This document shows, piece by piece, positions 26,801-37,825 of a stretch of DNA of 64,000 bases; position 1 is the first letter of the stretch, and every line of letters begins with the position of its first letter. The notes beneath the pieces were generated by a model, which searched no databases, was not told the DNA's origin, and worked only from the letters and a program-made list of their open reading frames with translations. Source of the stretch: Lingula anatina (Eukaryota; Animalia; Brachiopoda); contig CM120648.1 in the NCBI GenBank assembly GCA_051362555.1, positions 1,589,721-1,653,720 on the forward strand, in the 5' to 3' direction. Made by a program: the position numbers and the translations under genes.

Positions 26801-29800
26801 AGAATGATCACTCATAAAGAATTCAATGTTTTGGGGTCTCTTTGACACAATAACTTCTGGTGATTCCAGGTTTTTGTTTAATTTTTCATTCTTCCAGCAA
26901 ATGGGCCCTGCTTTCGCAACCCGTGTTTGTATGGGCAGTGTTCACAGTCTGGGGTGGACGGATACAGCTGTTACTGCCAGGATGGCTGGATGGGGACCAA
27001 CTGTGACCAGGGTGAGTTCAAAAGTACTGTACCCGGGGGTTTTCCCACTTATTCGAATGTCCCACGAAAAAAATATTTTCTCCTCCTCAAGTATCATTGC
27101 TCGATCTGAAACCCCAAATCTTGTGTTCATATACATGTATCTCGTAAACACGCACGTCCGTCACACATAAATGCTAACACTGGTTTATCTTGAGTCCCTA
27201 TTTAGCTTTTGCTACTCTTTTTTTTAGTTTTTTTTTAATTTAAATCTAGTTGAATTAAATGATTCTGTGGCTGTATATTTGATGCATGATATCCATAAGC
27301 AGCGCTGAGGACTCTGTGAAGCGCAGTTTAACACCAAAGATAATATTGGTTTATTATTATAATAATAATTATTATTATAATTATTATTATTCCACTGAAA
27401 CGAATAATTGTTTCTTTACAGAATGCACTCGAACAAACTAAGACCCCATTCCCACAGATTTTAGATCGATCTATCCCTGTGGGCAGTCTCACTAGATCAC
27501 TGTCAGCTTAGCTTGCTTAAGCGTCTATCCCGCCTATTAAAAGCTGTAAGGGGGTAATTAACTACCGTGAGCGCTCGGCTGACTGCAATTTAGCGTGAAC
27601 CCCCAGGGAGTTAGGTCGATCCGGATGGATCGATCTAAATCTCTGGGAATGCACTCTTAGTCTGCACTTTCTAAACCATGTTTCACTAATTCCTTTTTCC
27701 ACATTTAATAATATATTTGAGCTTTTCAATTTCTCTGGCATCTCACCAGATCCTCTCAAACAAAGTGGACTCAATGGAGAGATATCTCAGTTCTGTTATG
27801 GTTTTCTATTTTCTGTTATTTTCCCTTTTTTCTTAGTGGACCACTGCTCCGGACAAGAATGTAGCGGGAATGGTTACTGCTTGAACAAGCAAAATACTTA
27901 TTCTTGTCAATGCCAGTTAGGTTTTACTGGGAGAAATTGTCAAGGTAAGTGGAAAGGCGCATCGATGGATTGAAAGTAAAATCAAAGAAATGTTACTTTT
28001 AATGCAATCTCCAAGATAACTTTGACTTTGCTCGTTTCAACTTGTTCAAGGCGCGCCGGATGCTGCAAGCGGTACAATTCAAACGCATATACTACTAGAA
28101 AAGCACTCCGAGAGCGCAGACCTCCGCCAAGGCAGCGGTTTTTGATTATTATTGATTTATTGATACGGATCACCACCAAACTAATTATCTCTTCCTTGGC
28201 CCACTTCTGACAGTTCCTGAAATTTTCATCAAAATCGGTCTATAACTTTTTGAGTTATGTTGATGACAAACAAACAAACAGACAAACAGGGGTAAAAACA
28301 TAACCTCCTTAGCGGAGGTAAATATGGTGCTGTTTATCGTATTATTGAAATGACGGATATGCTACCGAAGAACATTTTAATTTTGACTTTAAAAAATGGC
28401 AGTTTACAGACGGTTGATTCTAAGTACTGCAGAATTGATAGCTACTGGTGGAATTATGATTGGCGTTATGCTCGTTAACCTTGTGACATGCAAATTGTTC
28501 AGCCAAGAGGCCCAAAAGGGAAAAAGTGTGGAAGCATGGTTCATCTTTTGACCATGGTTTTATCATGTTGCACTTCTGTTATTAAAATAGACAGCTTCAC
28601 ATAAACATTTTATTTTATTCCAGACCGAGTGTGTGACTTAGCTACCTGTTACAATGGCGGATCATGTGTACCGGATGCTTACGCACCAGATGGATACAAA
28701 TGCCAATGTACGGAGGATTTCGAAGGATTGCAATGCCTAGACCGGATCCAGAGTAAGTAGGAATGCAACGCAGAGAGGGGAGGGGTCTCTTTTATAGATA
28801 ACCCTTGATAAAGATTTTCAATCCCAAACACAACTTTCCGCCTTAAGAAAGCAAATGGGATCTTAAATGAAGCGATACAGGTTTTAAACACCAAGCAAAC
28901 AAACAAAACTTTATTCTGAATATATCATTATTTTAAAAAAATGATTAAAAGTTTTCCTAGTTCGCTGTTATGAGTCACAGATGTACCTGTAGATGGATAA
29001 GAAAAAACTTACGTCAGACTCTTTTCTGATCCCAAAATCCTTATAAATTAATAAATTCAGAATAGAATAATATGCCATCCTGTATAAATGAGCTTGCAGA
29101 ACACCATGGCCCAATAAATTAAGCATATTCGTTTTTCAGGGTGCACTTACTCTGTCAGTGTTGAAACCTCTAGGACGGGTGGAGCAGGAACAGATGAGCG
29201 CGTGGTTGTTACACTTGGGGTTCAAAAATTTGGGGAGTTGAAGAAGGCACAATTCGAAGTGTGGGGAAAATTTGAATATGGAAAGTAAGTCTTCCACACT
29301 CTTTATTATTAGGTTTTTGAGAGATTTGAGTTCTTGAACTAGCGCCATACATTTGCAGTTTAAATTACACCCACGGATCTTTTTCATGAGTAATGGCAAG
29401 TGGTGGCAAGGCGAAGCAAAAACTATTCCTCGTAAAATTTACCATGCAGTAAATATATTATTTTTTCGCACCAATTATTATTAGTGTTTGTTTTTAGTGT
29501 GGATACGGTCACAAAGACGCTCCCCCTCTGTGGTTCACTGAGACAGATTGAGATTCACCTGAGGCATGATAAAACAAACTATTTTAATAGAAATGATTGG
29601 AAACTCCGCCAGGTATTTCTATTTCTGTTGTAGTTGAGTAGTGTAAAAATTTAATAGCAAGTCATTCTTGCAATTTTTTTAACACGCATTGTAAACTTTC
29701 TCACAGCTGCACAGATGTTATAGACCGCGACTTCATAAGTCTCTCTCTCTCTCTCTCTCTCTCAACGTGGCGTTTATTTAATTGGTGTCAATGTCAATTT

Positions 29801-29990
29801 AAAAACGGTACATGTGTCACTTAAATATACTAACAAAATAAATTATATTAATTCAATTGTTCATTAAATAATTTAATTGCAGGTGACAGTGACCGTAGAT
29901 GACAACATCAGGAGGAAGAGATACGTGTGTTATTTTAACACTTGGTTTAGTCCCGGAGATTACAAAAACAGAGCTTGTTCATTGCTTTGA
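23844..29990 (+). CDS. Secreted protein, about 539 aa: signal peptide + Eph-receptor ligand-binding-like domain + sushi/Cys-rich region + 4 EGF-like repeats + C-terminal PLAT/LH2 domain
   Basis: Exons, all GT-AG with consistent phases: 23844-23907 (MDCCSGLLIVLISMTGALAYV, signal), 24519-24598 (EQIWDT..EWQ), 25512-26154 (FQTCTLESGQENWLVSP..IRIALHDRGSC..SVSVAYFIC..VQGSCI..CSFDGSWSPQNGRCVCKPGY), EGF exons 26623-26736, 26898-27011, 27837-27944, 28624-28752 (phase 1-1), PLAT exons 29140-29284 (YSVSVETSRTGGAGTDERVVVTLG..FEYG), 29498-29612 (IEIHLRHD..DWKLRQ), 29883-29990 (YVCYFNTWF..TGA). Total 1620 nt. Confidence 0.88.
24750..24811 (+). pseudogene. Degenerate duplicate (pseudo-exon) of coding exon 2 of the Eph-like gene
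   Basis: atatgggacacc..tggcagatttt..gaatccaaacag|gtaataat repeats 24524-24606. It is 13 nt shorter (frameshift) and has no AG acceptor. The downstream intron sequence (G-run, gcggaagtgcgtattgcctctat) is duplicated too. Confidence 0.75.
27442..27656 (+). mobile_element. Harbinger-like MITE family A, intact copy (intron of the Eph-like gene)
   Basis: taa|gaccccattcccacagattttagatcgatc ... gatcgatctaaatctctgggaatgcactc|tta. Confidence 0.85.
28093..28322 (+). mobile_element. Helentron/DINE-1-like non-autonomous element (HINE)
   Basis: Begins actagaaaagcactc. acctccgccaagg near the 5' end is inverted relative to the 3' ccttagcggaggt. There is a (CAAA/CAGA)n microsatellite and a 3' hairpin acctcc-ttagc-ggaggt. 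This layout is typical of HINEs. Confidence 0.65.
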
Positions 29991-31596
29991 TCAAGATCTC
30001 ATTATAACTTCTTGCTTTGATCTACCGGAGCCACGTGTCACTTTGCTGAACTTTGCAAACCAATTATTATATTAATACCATAATTATGCTGAAGAGAGGT
30101 CGATGTTTCACAACACATTTTTTTTCTGCACGCCGTTTGATTAAGGTATCAGGCATTGATATTTAAGATCTTCGAGGATTGCTGCTTTTATTTGCATTTG
30201 TTTAATGACAGGTGAATATTTAGTGTTCACTGACTCAATTTGCACGTCATTTTACCAATAACACCATAATGCTGTTGTTGAGGGAGCGGAAGGTTTAGGA
30301 ATTGCAGAATCGCTTTATCAAATATCTCCTTTAACTGTGCACATGCGACCACCATTTTAACACTAATTATAATGACACCGTTAAGTGCCACAGGTCCATA
30401 TTTGCGAGAATTCTTGGGAAGCTTGCTCTTTATTTTATAGTAACTATGCAATACAATGAGGAGCTCAAAAGAGCTTTACGCAAAAGAGAAGATTAATTGT
30501 TTTAATACGAAGTCGTTTGGTGCACGCCAACCAGCACGTTCTGACGTATATAAAAGGTCACTAGCGTAAAGATTGTAAAAGATAGGCCTATAACTAAATG
30601 TTATGTTATTTTGTTTATTTTTCCGAACCGTAATGTGTCGTGAGTGAAGCACTAGTATAAATGTACCTAACGCTATTGTACACTTTCATACTGTCACTAT
30701 CTAATTATCTTAACGTAATATATTAATTAGTTAAAACCATGAAGGGGTAACAGTAAGAAAATATATCAGGCGAATATTAATTGATTGGTGCCTGAACTGT
30801 AGCATGCTCAAAAAATGAAAACGGTGATCCGTATCCATTTGTTTCAATAAATTCTATCTCCGCAGTCAGTATAGATGTAGTTATTTATTGTTCATCAGTC
30901 CACGCGGCCTTATTGACGTCTAACGACAAACGATTTATGAGCTGTATTCGATAACAGTAAACTGTTCTTTTACAATCTCCTTTTTAATTTCTCCTTGTCA
31001 GCACGGGGTTATTTGGCGTAATGGAATCCGTAATGGACTTCTTTTGAATGTACAGTTGCTGTGGATATGAGTAGGGCCAACAGTATTTTTACTCCAATGA
31101 TCGCTCTAAATCCAATCTGATGAGCGGATACAGGTTGATTTTATTATTTATTGCAATGCACTTTCTAATTTCTCGTGAATAAAACTCATCATGGTTTGCT
31201 CGAAATAAACCCCATCTTTCAATTCACTTCACCGATTTTCAATTGACTTTCAGACCACCGATTTGCAAGGTAATAATACAAGGGCGAATTAATTGCAGTA
31301 CCGTACAGAGCAAATTCACGTTGGCTTTCGCAGGCTTTAACATGAAAATGTATAAAGAAAACCGCGAATCAGTTTTTTATTATGCTACAATATTCTCCTA
31401 TTCAGCTTCATCAGTGAAAGAGACAATATGTGGAGGCCAACTGTAACGCGTAACTTAAGGTGTGCAGTCACCCCTCCACTTTTGCAAACCTCCCCCCGTC
31501 ACCCCTTTTTTAAATCTACCTGTACAAAAAATAATGTACAAATTAAGGCATTATGTCATAGGCGTAGGACCCCATCGATTTATATGCTTGGGATAA

Positions 31597-33300
31597 TTAT
31601 AAAATACTGGTAACGTTTTTGATGTTCAAACACTCGTACACACTTTCAGAACACCTGCAGTCCTGCGCGGTTGGGCAGAATATATGGAATAAAACTAACG
31701 GTACAGACGCGTAACCTATTATTAGGAGTCCATAAGTTATGAAGCAAAGTCGGGGACGCCTTGCCAAAATAGCCTGATAAAACGAGATCTGATATCGCAA
31801 CCCTTGAACACTGGGCTGTCTCAAGCAAATAGCCATTACGACAACCATAGCGACAACCGACCCGAATAATATGACCCACTTCCCGCAGCTGGGAGCCAGC
31901 AGACGACCGTGGTCCATCTTGTTGATTTCGTTCAGCTGGTCTACGATCTGCCAAAATAATACTGCGGTTGAGCTTATGCTGACAGTGACGATCCAGTTGC
32001 GATCGATCGGCCCCCCGTGCCAGTGAGAGTAGTACCCGGATGTTCGTTCCACCGAGTTAGAGAAGACAGAGAGTGCGAAGTCCCAGCCGTGGTCCGCGTT
32101 GTGTGACCCGGCTACCGCCAGTCTCTCAATCTCTCTTCTCAGCTTGGCGTACGATTCCTGAAGCTCGAGAAACGCAGCAGATATGAGGAGCCAAGGAGGG
32201 ACAAAAACGGATGCAATTTTCGCGATCTGGGTAATCTGCCGTAGCCAGTGAATAAACGTGGCGCTCTTGGGCGGCAATCGGAAGGCATGGGCGTAGAGAA
32301 GAATCGCCAACGACCCCACGTACATTATACGGACCACAAAGGAATCCACGTCGATCAGCGTGTCAGTTTTTCTCCACATGAACCGTTCTCTCAACACCAC
32401 CGCCGCCTTGAATGGTCCGTAGTTGCTCAATCTCTGTCGGAACTTACGGAGTACATAGGCTCTGTTTTGAAGATAGAGGGCCACCACCATTGCCGCCGCG
32501 CCGTAAGCAAGAAGGGGGAAATAGAGCAGCAGCATGCAGAGCAAGCTTACCCCATAGCACTGGGCTCGAGTAAGCCTCTCCCATAGAGCGGGGTCGGCGA
32601 CGCTCATCAACCAGAGGTCGGGTCTTAAGTTCTGCCCTGTGCCGCAGTCCAGTGCCGTGTCCAGGACCTGAACTCCCACGTGCGTGCCAAGGTAGAGAAG
32701 CAGAGCTACGGTGTAGGAGGGCGTGACTGGGGGCTTGGACAGGGGTGTGGCGAGGGGCGTGGCCTTACCACCGACACGCCTATACGTCGGGATGAAATAT
32801 GGTATTTTGAAGCGCGATAGTTTACGAAGCCAACGCAGAGCCTGGAAGGATTGGTTGAAGACGATGAAGTGTACTAGCACGTACAGCACCAGCTCTTTCA
32901 CCCTGTCAGCCTGGCAGCCTTCGTCACTTACAGAAGCGTGGTTATTTTTGAACACCACGTGGTCATTGTCCATCATGCATATTAGGGCTAGAAGTCCGTG
33001 TCCGTAGCAGTATCCCTGACTGATCATTGAACTGACCATCCAAGCCCAGTACTTTAAGTGTCCTTTGAAGGTCTGTCCATTTTGCCCTTTGTTGAGTGAC
33101 CTGTTTGGTATATTTTCCAAACTGATCGGCTCGTCGGCTTCAAGAAACTGGTCAATTTCGCTTTCGCTCACGTAACAGAAAGGATCAGCAATACCGAAAT
33201 GAGAAAGGAAAAGTGTGTTTTTATTCTCTTCCGCCAAATTGTCTTGGTTCGGCAAGTAAGTCGCAATTGAAACCCTCTGTTGCTCACTGATATCAGTCAT
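31597..33300 (-). CDS. 567-aa single-exon multipass membrane protein, gustatory-receptor-like (7TM ion channel) candidate with extra C-terminal helices
   Basis: Long GC/CpG-rich ORF in an AT-rich background, with about 9 hydrophobic segments. It has an N-terminal L-x-x-FG-x-x-x-P, a long charged helix between the 4th and 5th segments, and GGPIDRNWIVTVSISSTAVLFWQ resembling the GR/Grl TM7 signature. Coding status is confident; the family call is inference. Confidence 0.8.
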   Translation of the reverse strand: MTDISEQQRVSIATYLPNQDNLAEENKNTLFLSHFGIADPFCYVSESEIDQFLEADEPISLENIPNRSLNKGQNGQTFKGHLKYWAWMVSSMISQGYCYGHGLLALICMMDNDHVVFKNNHASVSDEGCQADRVKELVLYVLVHFIVFNQSFQALRWLRKLSRFKIPYFIPTYRRVGGKATPLATPLSKPPVTPSYTVALLLYLGTHVGVQVLDTALDCGTGQNLRPDLWLMSVADPALWERLTRAQCYGVSLLCMLLLYFPLLAYGAAAMVVALYLQNRAYVLRKFRQRLSNYGPFKAAVVLRERFMWRKTDTLIDVDSFVVRIMYVGSLAILLYAHAFRLPPKSATFIHWLRQITQIAKIASVFVPPWLLISAAFLELQESYAKLRREIERLAVAGSHNADHGWDFALSVFSNSVERTSGYYSHWHGGPIDRNWIVTVSISSTAVLFWQIVDQLNEINKMDHGRLLAPSCGKWVILFGSVVAMVVVMAICLRQPSVQGLRYQISFYQAILARRPRLCFITYGLLIIGYASVPLVLFHIFCPTAQDCRCSESVYECLNIKNVTSIL

Positions 33301-34162
33301 TCTTCTTCCCTAACCTTCCAGTATATTTTAGCAATGTTTTCGCACTGGACTGAAGACATTCACTTCAAAACTTAAACATCTGTCACACTCGTTATACTAC
33401 CTAATACTGTCAGACATTATACTACCCAATAACTCCGGTTTCTTTTGTACGCAGCAACTGGTGTAGATCAAGATGTCGCCGTCGTTCATATCTACGCGTG
33501 ATCTGAAACCAGAGGTTTTTAGCTTTTCTGTTATATCTATATTTGTCTGCCAGATGTATTGCTTCATCAATGACATTTTCACGGACGATCTGACAAATGG
33601 AAAATTGATTACAGCAGTCATTTCAACTTAGTCACTCACATTATTTCAACCAATTAACTCCACGCGACTCATCCTACCGATGAAAACGTATCAGTGTCGG
33701 AAACAGGGTCAAATGGTGAAAGTCCTGCGATGGAACGCATTTTTCGACCCGTTACAAAATGTTTTTTTCGCTACGTATTTTTGATTTAATTTTGTCTTTT
33801 TATTTGTTATTTTATTTATTTACCCATCTCTTTATTTATTCATTCTGTTTTGTGCTAGTACTGTTTATCCTGGCAATTTGTAGAGAGATGTCAAAATTGT
33901 TGTAAAATAACCGTTTGTGGAATTGTTTTTTTTTTTTTTATTACATTTATACCCAATTCAAGAGACTTCCACCACTGACAGAAAGTTGACTTTACTTTTC
34001 AATTATTACGACTTAGAACTAACTGTGAAATCCACAAAGCATGAAATATTGTTTTATGAGTAAAACCTATATATTGCCGTCAAATTAGATAAATTAATCC
34101 ACATGTATAGACTTCTTTTGAGGAAATATCATCTGGCACACACACACACACACACACACTGG

Positions 34163-34230
<68 letters not shown>

Positions 34231-34584
34231 GTCGAATCGTTATTTTCAGAAAAGGATCCAAAATGGGTTGCATAACACTCTTTCGTTTAATCAACAAATT
34301 TAAAAAGCACAAATTAATAATAACAATAACATTTTTGTTGCTTTGAAAAATAAAAATGTTCAATAACACGGAGATTCCCAAGGTGGAGAATATATTTGCT
34401 TTTCTGGAAATAATCCCAAAAAATCGGGGATGGCAAGTATGTAGCCCTAAGTCCACGTAGCGTTCTGGGTTGTATACGTCGGTGATAATTATGCCTATAA
34501 ATTACCCTTTTCCTATCCAAAATCCCATTCTTCCAATTTCCGTACTTCTCTATGTTGCAATTGGTTCACTGAAGGGACTGCTCA

Positions 34585-35359
34585 CTATCTTGATTGTGGT
34601 ATCCATGTCTTGACTTTGCTTGCTCTTTTATCCGTTTTCAGCAAACCAACAATTCGCTCATCAAATAGACTGAAAATGCCTCCTGAAGAAGTGTCCAGAA
34701 AGATTTTACAAGTTAGCTTTGGCAGACGTATATGAGGTACTAGTATGTTTTGATTATACTGTATATGGACGTGACAAAATATTTTATATCGAACAGAGAT
34801 TCCGTCGACAACCACGCTAGACACCTCTAAATAAGTGTGATTCCATGACTTTTAATTACCCCATATTGCATTCTTCACTCACATTGATCAATGACTGGGA
34901 AGAATCAAACAACCCCACTCTTTTAATGGGCAAACATTAAAATACTGCAACGAAAACCTGGCAGGTAAATTTTAATAAAAGGTTTCAGTGCGTCATTTGC
35001 AATGTGCTTTTAAATGTACCACTTCCGAAAAAGGGATTTTTGCATTCGTAGTGTTTTGTGAGCCTGGGTAGTGTCAATGAGAAAGTATTTGTCGTAATAT
35101 ACTACATATAAAAGCATATATGAATACTTCAGCAGTGGTTTGTCCCCGTGAAACTAAACATACATGTACTAGCTTACACAGAATGTATGCACATAAACAT
35201 ATGCAATTAAACCACTTAAAACTGTTTGTTAAACGAACCAAAAAGTGGAAGAATGGCACCAGTTCTAAGATTCTTCTTACTTAACATACAGCAATGGATT
35301 CTTTTTAAACTTAATCAGGCTTCAAGAAAACAAAATGATATATATATATATATATATAT

Positions 35360-35412
<53 letters not shown>

Positions 35413-36996
35413 TTTTTCTGAACGGACTGGGTGTTTGGTGTTTATACAGACCAGTGTGCACAAACAGCACTCGTGTCCCCTTGAACCGGCCTGGCCGAGT
35501 GGTCAGCTCATTGACCAGTCCTCTCGCTGCCTTTCCAGAATATACGGGGTCGAGAATTACCCCAGTAGAGGTACTCACGTCCAGTATGAACCCTGAAGGA
35601 GACGAACAGTGGTTGTTCTACGTGTGTATAGAACTGTGCATTGAGATGACAGTACAGAATATCAACAAGAGTATAAAATGTGTTGGAGAAGGCGCGGCGC
35701 TTGGCTTGATTGTGAGGTGTGTGCGGCTTAGTTGCACAGGGAAAAGAACTTGTCTGTTGTTATACACACGCACTGAAAAATTTAATTTTTAAAATTCTGA
35801 GCCGACTAGGAGTGATGACTGGTATTTTCGAGACTATAACTGGGTTCCCACAGATTTAGTTCGATCCATCTGGATCGACCTAACTCCCTGGGTGTTCAAG
35901 CTAAATTGCTGTCAACCGAGCGCGCACGGAAGTAAATTACCCCCTTACAGCTTTTAGTAATCGGGACATATATTTAAGCCGGCCTATCTCACAGTAATCT
36001 AGTGAGACTCCTCAAGGGGATAGATCGATCTTAAATCTGTGGGAATGCTGTCTATTACACTTAGCGTTGAGTAGAATACAGAAAAGCTGGTTATTATACG
36101 AGTACAATGAAAACAAAAGAAGGCGTGTTAATCCGTTTATCTCATTGCATTCAGCGAGAGTCCCTGGCGATTTGGATCGATCTACTTAGAACGATATTGT
36201 TATTGGGAATAAGCCCATACTCACCAAGCTCTTCCTCTGTGAAGAGACCATACCCATTTCCCTTGTAACCTTCTATAATGTCAATTATATCCCAGGACTT
36301 CACGTCTGTTATCCCAACGTTCTCCAGTGACGTGTTGATTTGATTGTGGAAATACTTTGGGTCTGTATAAATATCAACAGCGTGAACTCTGGAAAATCAT
36401 AACGCTTTAAGGGATCATAACTCTTCGTTTTGGCAAAAAAAATGAATTTTCCTGGAGTAAACAAGAATTTTCCCGTACTGACCAATGGTAATGAATCCAT
36501 TTTTACATTCAAAGTTAGTCCCTGTTTTTATTTTCTAAAGAGTTTGTTTTTTGTTATAATCCCTTAAGAGATTATCACAGGGTATAGCCATCAATGAAGG
36601 CCATGTGGTCTGAAGAAAAGTTTAGATATCAGAATAATAGCTATAACTGCCGTTTTTCTTGTACAACAGAATATATTATATTCCTATGAGTTGTTCTTAA
36701 TGGTTTTATTGTGAAATATAGATCTCATACGAAGGGTTATTATCCCTTTAATTATTTCTGTATCTGAAGGATCCCTGTACGAGATTTTTGTACCCAAACT
36801 AAAATTTTCCTACTCACTTAACTAAAACTAGTCCTGGGCCAGGCTTAAATATCTACTGCTGTTATAAAAGCACTTAGATAATTTTCTTTGTACTATCATT
36901 ATCACTATACGAAAAACTATTTCAGAGACAGACCCCCCTTTGAAATTGCTGGCTACGGACCTGATATCCAATGCTCAATAAAAATGTTCAATAAAA

Positions 36997-37045
<49 letters not shown>

Positions 37046-37781
37046 ATTAATTTACCTTAATTTAGAACCAGTTAGATAGTTACCCAATGCCAGGCCTGCT
37101 GCAGTGCCTCCACTTCCGGAGACGACAATGTCATCAAAATCATCCTGAATGCCCTGCAATGGGGTTATAAGCTAACTGTTCAATGATGTAAAATCATGGA
37201 CTTAGAGATCATTCATATAAGAATAGATACGTGTATAACTTTATCATCTGACCGTTGATGATCGTGTGGTGTTTAGATTTCTAAGTGGGTCGGCCAAATT
37301 TGATCCGCGGATCAGTAAGTCCGCGGACCCACTTGTTCTGTATTCGCCTGAAGGCGTGTTTAAAATCCTACACTTTATCACTTAAAAAAAAAAAACTAGG
37401 ACCACGGCTATTTTAATATTCTTCTGCCAAGGTACCTTGTCTGAGCATACTCTAGTATCAATTTTTACCTGATACATCATTTCCTGGAACGCTGTTATGT
37501 ATCCAAACAATCCGATGGCATTACTTCCACCGATTGGTATTAGGTACGAATCCTCCCCTCTTTCATTTCTGAAAAAACAAACAAACAAACAAACAGTGAG
37601 TTAGACAGAGAAGGTGACTACTGAGGCTGCTTTCAATTTTAAAAACCTAAAATTTTGTTGTACTTTTCAGACAAAACATTTGGTCTACTTTATCACTATG
37701 TCGTCTGTCTTGTTTCCCAAGGACTGTGACTGTTTCCGTCAACTTTTGCACTTTCTAAATTAAATATATTCGATATATACT

Positions 37782-37825
<44 letters not shown>

